A DNA stretch of 64,000 bases from Candidatus Nealsonbacteria bacterium (GTDB taxonomy: Bacteria > Patescibacteriota > Minisyncoccia > Minisyncoccales > PWPS01). This document shows positions 9,538-17,955 of the stretch, piece after piece. A program made the translations under genes and the position numbers. The notes below the pieces were generated by a model. The model did not search any database, was not told the origin of the DNA, and worked only from the letters and a program-made list of their open reading frames with translations. The DNA is taken from contig PWEN01000033.1 of NCBI GenBank assembly GCA_003553505.1, forward strand, positions 14,518 to 78,517. Reading direction: 5' to 3'. Every line of letters starts with the position of its first letter. The stretch's first letter is position 1.

Positions 9538-11673
9538 ATGCATATGCGAAAACTATCAAAAAGATTTTATGTAGGCATTACTTCTTTCTTCTTTTTACTT
9601 TTGCCTTTGTTTTCTGCTCATGCTGTTGTTGCTGGCGCGCTTGAAACTGCTCTTTCTTGGTTTTTTATAAAAATCGTAAGCATCTTTTACTGGTTTGCAA
9701 GACTGATCACTCTTTTCTTCAACGACATGCTGCAGTTCGTATTGAGTGAAGATTTTATTCAGTGGCCATACACCAGACCGGGAGAGTCTCCTGACGGAAA
9801 TCCAATAATCGAAGCAGGCCTAAGTGTGACGCTTCCCCTCGTAAACGTAATAATTATATTTGCTTTAATTGTTATCGCTGGAGGAATAATTCTTGGACTT
9901 GAAAAGTACGGCACAAAAAAGATGCTTTTTAGTCTTGTTCTTGTTGCTCTGCTCGTAAACTTCTCTCCTCTTCTTGTAGGACTGGTAGTAGACGCCGCAA
10001 ACATAGCCATGTACTTCTTTGTGCAAGAAGCACAAGACTCATTAAAACACGTATACTCGACAATACAAGGAGGGGGCGAAGTTGTTACAGAACAGGAAGG
10101 CGAAAATAAGCTGGATCAAAACACCTACCAAGCATTGGCATTTATTGTAATGCAAACCTTTGTAACTTTCATAATGGGCTTTATTTTCTTTCTTTACATG
10201 CTCCTTTTCATATTCCGATATATTGCCATATGGATGCTAACAATACTCTCTCCTCTTGCCTTTGCATGTCTTGCTCATCCTTTGTTAAATGAGTGGTGGA
10301 AAAAGTGGTGGAGTCAAACCATACAGTGGTCTATTGTAGGAGTAACAGGAGCATTTTTCATATTCCTGTCTTCAAAGATAAACGAACAAGCAGCTGAACT
10401 ATATGACACTCAAGATATGGGCGGAACAGGCGAAGGATTTTCCCGTTTTGCATCTGAAATTGCAACTGTAACCTTTCCCATGTTTGTCGTTGCTGCTTTC
10501 TTTGTTATGGGATACATTCTTGCTATAACAACATCCGCCATGGGAGCAGACAAAGTAGTAAACTTTGCACAAGAAAGAAGAAAGTGGGCTCAAAAACAAG
10601 CGATGAGAGCACCAAGGTACGCAAAAGATTGGTCAAAAGACAAAGCAAGCAAAGGAGCGCGCAAAGGAGCAGCATACGTTTCCGATAAAACAGGGTTGAC
10701 CAAAAAAGCGGGAGAGGTGGCCACCGCACAAAGATGGGGAGAAGGACAAGCAGGGTTTGGAGGATGGGCAAAAAGAAGAGCTTCCGTTGTGCAGGGAGCT
10801 TGGCGAGCGCCAGCATCAAAGATCGCCGGAGCAGCAGAAAAGCAGCCCGGAAAAATGGTAAAAGATGCGGAAAAGAAGTACGAGCATATAGAAAATAAAA
10901 CAGAAATGGCAAGTAAACTATCAGGAGCAAGAAATGAAGAAGACAGACTCGCAATAATAAAGCAAGCAAAAGAGAAAGGAATGCTTAAAGACGTAATGGA
11001 AAAATCAGGAGACTCTGCAAGAAAGAACTTTGAAGGAATATATGGCTTGGCGGAAAAAACAGGAGACGATAAGACTATAAAGAAAGCTCTTCCTATGGAG
11101 TATATAGCAAAAAAGTCAAGACAAAACATTTCTCAAATAGGAGAGAAGAAGCACAATGAAAACATAAAAGAAGTTTCTAGAGAGCTTGGTAAAGATCCTG
11201 AGGCTCTAAAAAGTGCAAGCGATTCAATTGCAAAAGCAATAGAAAAAGAAGGACCGGAAAGAGATGAGGCAGAAAAAATAATTCAAAATCTTATGCAGGA
11301 AAAAGCGTCTGTATTGCAAACGATGGTAGATAGCTCAGACAAGGCACGAGAAGCTCTTTATAAAACAGCTGAAAGGCATGCAGAAACAGCTGAAAAAGAG
11401 CTCCAAGAATTTTTTGGAAAAAGCTTTAATCACAAAAAACTAAATCGGGAACAAAAACTGTATGCTCTTATGAAGCAAAAGAGAGCCCCTGCATTAAGAG
11501 CCATGGAAAGAGGAATGGCAGACATCGCAATACCCTACGAACACATCCCAGAAAGCTCTCAGGAAACAGAAGGCTCTTCACAGAGCCCCTCGCAGAGTCC
11601 TTCGCAAAGTTCGTCGCAAGAAAGCAATATTATCACAGACCACCCTGATATTAATCGCCATAAAAAGTTTTAA
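9538..11673 (+). CDS. polytopic membrane protein, VirB6/TrbL-like, with long Lys/Glu-rich tail
   Basis: Signal peptide plus at least 7 hydrophobic segments in the first ~340 aa. Then a ~370-aa charged tail ending in SSQSPSQSPSQSSSQ. ATG abuts the stop of the upstream pilin-fusion gene. Assignment rests on topology and context only. Confidence 0.5.
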   Translation: MHMRKLSKRFYVGITSFFFLLLPLFSAHAVVAGALETALSWFFIKIVSIFYWFARLITLFFNDMLQFVLSEDFIQWPYTRPGESPDGNPIIEAGLSVTLPLVNVIIIFALIVIAGGIILGLEKYGTKKMLFSLVLVALLVNFSPLLVGLVVDAANIAMYFFVQEAQDSLKHVYSTIQGGGEVVTEQEGENKLDQNTYQALAFIVMQTFVTFIMGFIFFLYMLLFIFRYIAIWMLTILSPLAFACLAHPLLNEWWKKWWSQTIQWSIVGVTGAFFIFLSSKINEQAAELYDTQDMGGTGEGFSRFASEIATVTFPMFVVAAFFVMGYILAITTSAMGADKVVNFAQERRKWAQKQAMRAPRYAKDWSKDKASKGARKGAAYVSDKTGLTKKAGEVATAQRWGEGQAGFGGWAKRRASVVQGAWRAPASKIAGAAEKQPGKMVKDAEKKYEHIENKTEMASKLSGARNEEDRLAIIKQAKEKGMLKDVMEKSGDSARKNFEGIYGLAEKTGDDKTIKKALPMEYIAKKSRQNISQIGEKKHNENIKEVSRELGKDPEALKSASDSIAKAIEKEGPERDEAEKIIQNLMQEKASVLQTMVDSSDKAREALYKTAERHAETAEKELQEFFGKSFNHKKLNREQKLYALMKQKRAPALRAMERGMADIAIPYEHIPESSQETEGSSQSPSQSPSQSSSQESNIITDHPDINRHKKF

Positions 11674-11684
11674 GATAAACTAAA

Positions 11685-12125
11685 ATGAAGCAATTAACTA
11701 AAGAAGAGCGATTCAAGATATATCAAAGCCTTCCTCAGGAGGCAAAGGATCTTTTTTGGTCAGATGAGGTGATAGACATAATGGACCTGCTCAAATCACG
11801 CTATAAAATAGACAGCAATGACAAGCAGCTTCCGAGAATTACTGGTCTTGTTATTCTCGGAGCAATACCTCTTTCAAAGCTACCTCAAACTCTTTCTTCA
11901 AGAACGGGAGTAGACCAAAAAAAGGCAGAAAAGTTAGCAGATGACATTAAAAGGCACATTCTTTTCCCTATAAAGGATTTTCTTGAGGAAGCATATGATG
12001 AGGATTTTTCTATATGGGAATTTAGAGCAAAAGATGAAGAGATAGAGAGAATAAAAAAAGGAAAAGACACGACACAAAAAGAAGAAACAACAAAAAAAGA
12101 AGACCCTTACAGAGAAAATATATAA
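11685..12125 (+). CDS. hypothetical protein (146 aa, soluble, Lys/Glu-rich C-terminus)
   Basis: ORF with ATG 11 nt after the upstream stop; followed by a bidirectional terminator; no family recognised. Confidence 0.6.
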   Translation: MKQLTKEERFKIYQSLPQEAKDLFWSDEVIDIMDLLKSRYKIDSNDKQLPRITGLVILGAIPLSKLPQTLSSRTGVDQKKAEKLADDIKRHILFPIKDFLEEAYDEDFSIWEFRAKDEEIERIKKGKDTTQKEETTKKEDPYRENI

Positions 12126-12130
12126 AAAAA

Positions 12131-12150
12131 GGGGAAGCAAAAGCTTCCCC
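12131..12150. terminator. bidirectional intrinsic terminator between convergent genes
   Basis: ggggaagc-aaaa-gcttcccc hairpin flanked by an A-run (left) and T-rich sequence (right). Confidence 0.75.
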
Positions 12151-12155
12151 TTCAT

Positions 12156-13451
12156 CTACCAGCCCATTTTTTTATCTATTCTGTCCCGCAACTCCTTACT
12201 CATCTCCCTTGACTGAGAGGGAGTCTTTATAGGACTTTCTTTTTTTCCGCCTCCACCTTCTGCTGCCTTGAGCGCCATAGCGCACTTGGCAAACATGCTT
12301 GGAAGGTCGCCATCTCCTTCTCCGAAGTCTCCCACTATAAATCCATTGTTGTCACGCGCGTACTCCTGTTTTCTTATATTATCCACCAGTTTCCACGCCT
12401 CATGCTTTGAAATGCCATACTCAATGCTGTATTTCTCAGCAAGATCTTCCATGTAGCCAAGACTTTGACGTTTTGCTTCTCTGTCCTTCTCCGCCTTTGT
12501 AACTCTTGCATTCCCGAGAAGCTCTTCCTTTTTGTCCTGAGTGAAAGCTGTCACAATCTCGGGATCCTCTATCTCCATTTCCTCGATCCATAGACCTCTT
12601 TCAGAGATCTTTAATCCATACTTCGAGATCTTTTCCTTGTACTCTTTTCTTGAAGAAATGCCTTCAACGGGAACGTCTGTTTTCATGGTATTTTTGTACT
12701 CCTCCCAGTACTGGGAGTCGGGATTTATTCCCTCCCACAGCTCTTTGCTCTGCCTGCCAACACTAAACAGAACATCAAACCCCACACGCGCTGCAAAACT
12801 ACGCATGAAGTCATCTATCATGGTTAGCAAGCCATCGATACTTGAAGAGGGACTAATGAAGAGATATTTCTCAACATTTATTATTCTCACCTCCACATAG
12901 TACTTGAGAAACATCCCTATTCTCCCAAACTGGGGATGTGTAAACACGTGCGTAACGGTGGAATAATAGATCTCTGGGCGCAGCGGTATGGAGTCCATTT
13001 TTTGAACTTTTTCATGTTCAATTCCGCTTTGTCCACGCCCCTCTTTCCAGTTTATGGAATATCTGTAGGGACGAACCATGGGCCAGAAAAGAGGAAAGAC
13101 CAATCCTCCCAAGAGCCTTTCTCCTCTTCTGTATACGACAACGTCCTGCTCGGCCTCTACTGCTTTCTGCTTATCCCAAACCTCGAAATTTTTATCGAGG
13201 AAGTGGTTCTTCCATGAAATATTTACGTCATGGAGCGCGCCGAATCTCGTGAAGGCAACTGCAGTGCCTTCTCTTACTTGTTTTTTTGTTTTAATAATAA
13301 TAAGCAAGAGAAGAGATCCTGCGACAACAGCCGCTCCGATGTGTGTAAAGTGGAGCAAGTACACTCCCAAACACAACACCACCAACAACAAGAGCTTTAT
13401 AAGAAAAACAGTCCCGTCTATAAACCTTCTTCTTCTTTCCTTGATTGCCAT
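12156..13451 (-). CDS. membrane protein with SPFH/band-7-like domain (tentative)
   Basis: Start moved to ATG 13451, which has GGAGG 6 nt upstream; the listed ORF extends to 13622. Two N-terminal TM helices. VREGTAVAFTRFGALHDV resembles the start of SPFH domains. Charged C-terminal tail. Confidence 0.5.
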   Translation of the reverse strand: MAIKERRRRFIDGTVFLIKLLLLVVLCLGVYLLHFTHIGAAVVAGSLLLLIIIKTKKQVREGTAVAFTRFGALHDVNISWKNHFLDKNFEVWDKQKAVEAEQDVVVYRRGERLLGGLVFPLFWPMVRPYRYSINWKEGRGQSGIEHEKVQKMDSIPLRPEIYYSTVTHVFTHPQFGRIGMFLKYYVEVRIINVEKYLFISPSSSIDGLLTMIDDFMRSFAARVGFDVLFSVGRQSKELWEGINPDSQYWEEYKNTMKTDVPVEGISSRKEYKEKISKYGLKISERGLWIEEMEIEDPEIVTAFTQDKKEELLGNARVTKAEKDREAKRQSLGYMEDLAEKYSIEYGISKHEAWKLVDNIRKQEYARDNNGFIVGDFGEGDGDLPSMFAKCAMALKAAEGGGGKKESPIKTPSQSREMSKELRDRIDKKMGW

Positions 13452-13560
13452 AAAAGCCTCCTTTCTTTCTTTACTTAGGCTGGTAAAATGTTTAAAGAGC
13501 AGTTTATTTATATCATTAATTTTCGATTTTGTAAAGTGTAGAATTTTGATAAAAAATTGT

Positions 13561-13588
13561 TTGATAACTTTTCTTGTTGTGCTAGAAT
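13561..13588 (+). promoter_or_regulatory. sigma70-type promoter TTGATA-16-TGcTAGAAT
   Basis: ttgata (13561-66), 16-nt spacer, tgctagaat (13580-88). The ATG at 13599 lies 10 nt after the -10, implying a near-leaderless mRNA. Confidence 0.55.
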
Positions 13589-13598
13589 GCAAAAAGGT

Positions 13599-14000
13599 AT
13601 GAAGTTTAAAGTGCCAAGACACATAGAGTACGAGTCCAAAATTGTTGCAGGAGTAACCTTCAAGCAGATGGCATATCTTGGAGTTGGAGGAATTTCTATA
13701 TTTTTCCTTTATTTCATCCTTCCTTTTATATTGTTTGTACTGGTTTCTATTCCCATAGCGGGAGCCTCGGCGGCTTTAGCCTTTGTTACCGTAGGAACGC
13801 AAACTCTTCCGGAATACCTAAAAAACTTTTTTTACTTTTCTACAACAACAAAAACATATCTTTGGAAGAAGAAAGACCTACCCCCTGTTCTTAAAACAAC
13901 AAAGAAAGAAGAGAAGGAAGAAAAAGAAGAAAAGGCCGACAAAAGACCAAAAGGAAAAAGCAAGCTTGATGATATGTCAACAAAAATAGAAACATCTTAA
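13599..14000 (+). CDS. PrgI/VirB3-like small T4SS membrane protein
   Basis: MKFKVPRHIEYESKIVAGVTFKQMAYLGVGG followed by two TM helices, then a Lys/Glu tail. Sits immediately upstream of the VirB4 ATPase genes. Start chosen downstream of the promoter. Confidence 0.55.
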   Translation: MKFKVPRHIEYESKIVAGVTFKQMAYLGVGGISIFFLYFILPFILFVLVSIPIAGASAALAFVTVGTQTLPEYLKNFFYFSTTTKTYLWKKKDLPPVLKTTKKEEKEEKEEKADKRPKGKSKLDDMSTKIETS

Positions 14001-14001
14001 T

Positions 14002-14634
14002 ATGGCAATAAAAAGCACACAAGATTTTTTGGAAGTAGATCAAATAAGGAACGGGGTTCTTATTCTTAAAAATAAAGGAATAAGAGGAATTTTAATGGTC
14101 TCCTCTATAAATCTTGCTCTAAAATCAGAAGAAGAACAGCGCTCTGTAATTTATGGATTTGAAGAGTTTTTAAACTCCCTTGATTTTGCTTGCCAGATTA
14201 TTGTGCAATCAAGAAAAACAAACATAACAGGATATATAGATAAAATAAAGGAGCTGGAAAAAAATCAAGAAAACGAGATGCTTAAACATCAAACCGCGGG
14301 ATATAGAGAATTTCTGGAACAGTTCATAAAAAGAGAATCTATACTAACAAAAAAGTTTTTTGTTGTTGTTCCTTACTCTATAGGAGAAGCAAAAAAAGGA
14401 CAAGGTGGAGAGAGCAAAAAGCCAGCAACCAATCTTACAGAAGAAAGATTTGAAAGAGCAAAAGTACAGCTTACACAAAGAATGGAATTTGTTGCCTTGG
14501 GGTTACGCAGGTGCGGACTACAATCCTCTCCTCTTACAACATCGGAGATTATGGAGCTTTTTTGGGGTCTTCACCATCCAAGAGAGGCAGAGAGGGGATA
14601 TTATCCGGAATTTCCTGAAGAGTTTATAAATTAA
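14002..14634 (+). CDS. hypothetical protein resembling the N-terminal region of Gram-positive-type VirB4 proteins
   Basis: STQDFLEVDQIRNGVLILKNKG...SSINLALKSEEEQRSVIYGFEEFLNSL pattern, recalled from VirB4/TcpF-type N-termini. 1-nt gap to prgI-like and 3-nt gap to virB4-like. Confidence 0.35.
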   Translation: MAIKSTQDFLEVDQIRNGVLILKNKGIRGILMVSSINLALKSEEEQRSVIYGFEEFLNSLDFACQIIVQSRKTNITGYIDKIKELEKNQENEMLKHQTAGYREFLEQFIKRESILTKKFFVVVPYSIGEAKKGQGGESKKPATNLTEERFERAKVQLTQRMEFVALGLRRCGLQSSPLTTSEIMELFWGLHHPREAERGYYPEFPEEFIN

Positions 14635-14637
14635 TAT

Positions 14638-16440
14638 ATGAACGAAATTTTAAATAAAATAAAAGAGTTTCTTAATTTAGGTCCTTCTGTTCAAAAAAAA
14701 GAAGAGAAGGATAATATTTTAAGTATAAGAGATATTATTGCTCCTTCTTATATTAAAGAAGAACAAGGAAACATAGAAATAGGAGAAAAACTCTCACGAT
14801 CCTTTTTTGTTTTCTCTTATCCTCACTATCTTTCAAGCGGATGGCTGTCTTCCGTTATAAATCTGAACGCCGTAATGGATATCTCTTTCTTTATCCACCC
14901 TATGGACACGATAACAATGCTTAAAAAGCTACGCCGGAAGCTCACGGACGTACAAGCAGAAATATCAGAAAACCAAGAAAAAGGGCTTGTAAGAGACCCT
15001 ACTCTGGAAACAGCATATCAGGATCTTGAAGAGTTGCGAGACAAGCTACAGTCCGCCTCAGAGAGAATGTTCTACTTTGGTCTTTATATAACCGTTTACG
15101 GAGAAACTCAAGAGGAGTTGTCCGACATGGAGAGTACTCTTCGGTCTATATTTGAATCAAGTGTTATATATATAAAACCGGCCTTCTTTCAACAAAGAGA
15201 AGGGTTTATAAGCACCTCTCCTTACGGAATAGATCTTTTAAATGTGCACACGTCCATGAACACAGAACCTCTTTCCAGTGTGTTTCCTTTTATATCGTTT
15301 GATCTTAGTTCAAACGACGGAATTCTTTATGGTATAAACCTTCACAATAGGTCTCTTGTTCTTTTTGATAGATTTTCTTTAGAGAATGCAAACTCGGTTG
15401 TTTTTGGAACCTCGGGAGCGGGAAAGTCTTATCTCGTGAAGCTTGATGTGCTTCGCTCTTTGATGGTGGGAGCAGATGTAATAATTATAGACCCCGACAA
15501 CGAATACGATATCCTTGCAAAATCAGTGGACGGATCTTTTTTTGATATATCTATAAGCTCTAATGATCGCATAAATCCTTTCGATATACCCACCCCAAGA
15601 GAGGGGGAAACGCCAGAAGAGGTAATAAGATCAAACACAATAAACCTTGTGGGTCTTTTGCGCATAATGCTTGGAGGGTTAACTCCGGAAGAAGATGCCA
15701 TAATAGACCAGGCAATAACGGAAACATACGCCGCAAAAGACATAACTCCGGACAGCGATCCCAATACCTGGGAAGAAAAGGTTCCTCTTTTGTCAGACCT
15801 AGAACAAATACTGGAGTCCATGGAAGGAACAGACTCTCTTATTACGCGACTCAGAAGGTTTACGCGAGGAACATACTCTAGCTTTTTTAATCGTTACTCT
15901 AATATATCAGTAAAAAACAGGCTTACAGTTTTTGGAATAAGAGGACTGGAAGACGAGTTGCGCCCAATGGCAATGTTTATAGTTATGCGCTATATATGGA
16001 AAACTATATGTAGTAGCATAAAAAAGCGCATACTTGTGGTAGACGAGGCCTGGGTAATGATGCAAAACGAGGACGGAGCATCCTTTCTGTTTGGACTTGT
16101 TAAAAGAGCGAGAAAATATTGGTTGGGAGTAACAACAATCACACAAGACGTATCAGACTTTATGAAGTCTCAATACGGAAAGCCAATCGTAACAAACTCC
16201 GCACTAAAAATACTTCTAAAACAATCTCCTTCTGTTATCGATGTTGTTCAAAAAACATTCAGCCTTACAGAACAAGAAAAATTCACTCTCTTGGAAGGAG
16301 AGGTGGGAGAAGGAATCTTCTTTGCTGGTCAAAAACATGTAGCGATAAAAATAACTGCCTCATACGCTGAGGATCAAATAATAACATCCTCGCCGGAAGA
16401 CTTGGCAAAAATAAAAAAAGCAAAAAAAGCTTCTCAATAA
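14638..16440 (+). CDS. VirB4/TrbE/PrgJ-family type IV secretion ATPase
   Basis: Walker A VFGTSGAGKSYLVK, Walker B RILVVDEAW, DIIAPSYI...GEKLSRSFFVFSYP N-domain pattern; 600 aa. Confidence 0.8.
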   Translation: MNEILNKIKEFLNLGPSVQKKEEKDNILSIRDIIAPSYIKEEQGNIEIGEKLSRSFFVFSYPHYLSSGWLSSVINLNAVMDISFFIHPMDTITMLKKLRRKLTDVQAEISENQEKGLVRDPTLETAYQDLEELRDKLQSASERMFYFGLYITVYGETQEELSDMESTLRSIFESSVIYIKPAFFQQREGFISTSPYGIDLLNVHTSMNTEPLSSVFPFISFDLSSNDGILYGINLHNRSLVLFDRFSLENANSVVFGTSGAGKSYLVKLDVLRSLMVGADVIIIDPDNEYDILAKSVDGSFFDISISSNDRINPFDIPTPREGETPEEVIRSNTINLVGLLRIMLGGLTPEEDAIIDQAITETYAAKDITPDSDPNTWEEKVPLLSDLEQILESMEGTDSLITRLRRFTRGTYSSFFNRYSNISVKNRLTVFGIRGLEDELRPMAMFIVMRYIWKTICSSIKKRILVVDEAWVMMQNEDGASFLFGLVKRARKYWLGVTTITQDVSDFMKSQYGKPIVTNSALKILLKQSPSVIDVVQKTFSLTEQEKFTLLEGEVGEGIFFAGQKHVAIKITASYAEDQIITSSPEDLAKIKKAKKASQ

Positions 16441-16821
16441 ATGGAGAACAATGAGGAAGTAACGCTTCAATACAAAGGAGAAAAAGGCAGAATAATTACT
16501 CCTGAAGGCATTACGATGCTTATATCCGCTATTATATTTGATTCTGCCGGGCTTTTAGATTTTTTTCCTATTATAGGATGGATAGCATCATCTATAGCTA
16601 ATGCATCCGGTTTTCTTTTTTTTATAGCATGGTTTATGTTGCGCAGAAAAGTAGGAGCAACAAGTAAAATAAAGGTGGGAAAAGCAGCAAAGTGGGCAAA
16701 AAGAAGAAAGTGGATAAGGCCACTTTTTATGGTGCTAAACCTCTTTCCTGTTCCTTATGTTTTTAGTTTAGTTCCTTTATGGACTGTTGTAGTACTGGTA
16801 GAACTTATATACGGAAGCTAG
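16441..16821 (+). CDS. small integral membrane protein (3 predicted TM), last gene of the T4SS-like cluster
   Basis: ATG directly abuts the virB4-like TAA; hydrophobic segments ITMLISAIIFDSAGLL, IASSIANASGFLFFIAWFML, LVPLWTVVVLVELIY. Confidence 0.6.
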   Translation: MENNEEVTLQYKGEKGRIITPEGITMLISAIIFDSAGLLDFFPIIGWIASSIANASGFLFFIAWFMLRRKVGATSKIKVGKAAKWAKRRKWIRPLFMVLNLFPVPYVFSLVPLWTVVVLVELIYGS

Positions 16822-17261
16822 GATTTTCTTTTAACAACAACTCTTTTTTTCTGTCCCTCGTTTACGCTCTCTGTTTCAATATCATCCTTCTCTGATAGAG
16901 CCATATGAACAACCCTTCTCTCATACGCTGACATGGGAGGGAACTTTTTTTCTATTCCCGTAAGAGAAACCTCTTCTGCCGCCTCTAGTGCCAACTCTTT
17001 TAAATAGTCCATTTTTCTCTTTTTGTAGTTATTGATATCCAAATTAACAAAGACTATATCTTTTGTTTTTTTTCTAACTATCTTCTTTAAAAGTGTTTCC
17101 GTATCAGCAAGCGTTTGTCCTTTCTCTCCTATAAAAGATTGTGGTTCTTTTATTTTTATATTTATATTTAAACAGTTCTCCTCTTCTAAGGAAAAATCCA
17201 CCCTTATATCCTCGTCTATCATTTTAAATATCTCTTTTACTGTTTCTTTTATTTCTTCCAT
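16818..17261 (-). CDS. jag: Jag/KhpB-like RNA-binding protein (KH + R3H)
   Basis: Directly downstream of yidC. C-terminal R3H-like SAYERRVVHMALSE. Start set to ATG 17261 (MEEIKETVKE), 1 nt after the yidC stop. Confidence 0.75.
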   Translation of the reverse strand: MEEIKETVKEIFKMIDEDIRVDFSLEEENCLNINIKIKEPQSFIGEKGQTLADTETLLKKIVRKKTKDIVFVNLDINNYKKRKMDYLKELALEAAEEVSLTGIEKKFPPMSAYERRVVHMALSEKDDIETESVNEGQKKRVVVKRKS

Positions 17262-17262
17262 T

Positions 17263-17955
17263 TTAGTAATTCTTATTAATAACCCTTTGTTGGAAAAGCG
17301 AAAAAACAATAGTAACTATCCAGTAAACACCCACAGCAGACGGCAAGCTTAAAAGTATAAAGAATGTTAATCCCGGAAGAAGATACATCATCTGCGACTG
17401 CATTGCTCCCATCATGCCTTCTTTTTTTTCTTCTTTCTTTGAAGATAGTGATATCTTCATTTGAACAAACTGCCCTAAAGCAGCAATAACAGCAAGAAGT
17501 AAACTGGGAGAAGAAAGATCTATAAATCCTAAAAACACAGTGTTTACAGTTTCCGGCTCAGGAACAAAACTGTAAAGATACTTCATTTGATCGGACTCAA
17601 ACCCGTTAATAAAGATCCTTAAAAGAGCAATAAGTATTGGAAGTTGAATAATTAAAGGCAGTATACCGGAAAAAGGATTGACCTTTTTCTGTTTATAAAA
17701 CTCCATTATTTCTTTTGCTTGTGTTTCTTTATCGTCCTTGTACTTTTCTTGAATTTTTTTTATCTCTGGCTGTATCTCTTGGAGTTCTTTTTGTGATTTG
17801 ACTGCCTTTATACTTAAAGGATAAAGAGCAAATTTTATTATCAAAGTAAGAACTACTATTGAAAGACCGAGCTCTTCAAAGGGAATTATATTATATAAAA
17901 ATATAATTAAATTAAAAAAAGGTTCGTAAAGTACTGTATAGAAAAGATCTATCAT
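17263..17955 (-). CDS. yidC: membrane protein insertase YidC (short form)
   Basis: KSQKELQEIQPEIKKIQEKYKDD...MEFYKQKKVNPFSG...PILIAL motifs; canonical rnpA-yidC-jag order. Confidence 0.9.
   Translation of the reverse strand: MIDLFYTVLYEPFFNLIIFLYNIIPFEELGLSIVVLTLIIKFALYPLSIKAVKSQKELQEIQPEIKKIQEKYKDDKETQAKEIMEFYKQKKVNPFSGILPLIIQLPILIALLRIFINGFESDQMKYLYSFVPEPETVNTVFLGFIDLSSPSLLLAVIAALGQFVQMKISLSSKKEEKKEGMMGAMQSQMMYLLPGLTFFILLSLPSAVGVYWIVTIVFSLFQQRVINKNY

Noticed and set aside
10523-11129. Two long minus-strand ORFs (148 and 179 aa) inside the VirB6-like gene tail
   Set aside because: They lie antisense to a Lys/Glu/Ala-rich low-complexity coding region, which naturally keeps other frames open. 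Their products are Leu/Phe/Ser-rich nonsense-like sequences with no start context. The sense ORF is continuous with the membrane domain.
12268-13602. Several plus-strand ORFs (62-174 aa) overlapping the SPFH-like gene
   Set aside because: They are antisense shadows of a well-supported minus-strand gene (GGAGG Shine-Dalgarno, TM plus domain architecture). Their composition is atypical and none has promoter or Shine-Dalgarno support.
8218-16821. T4SS-like cluster as part of an integrative conjugative element, plasmid or prophage
   Set aside because: The window shows no integrase, relaxase, coupling protein, replication or partition genes, or flanking direct repeats. The tRNA genes are not adjacent to the cluster, and the flanks are core genes (rsmA; yidC-rnpA-rpmH-dnaA). 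Full exclusion would need the whole genome.
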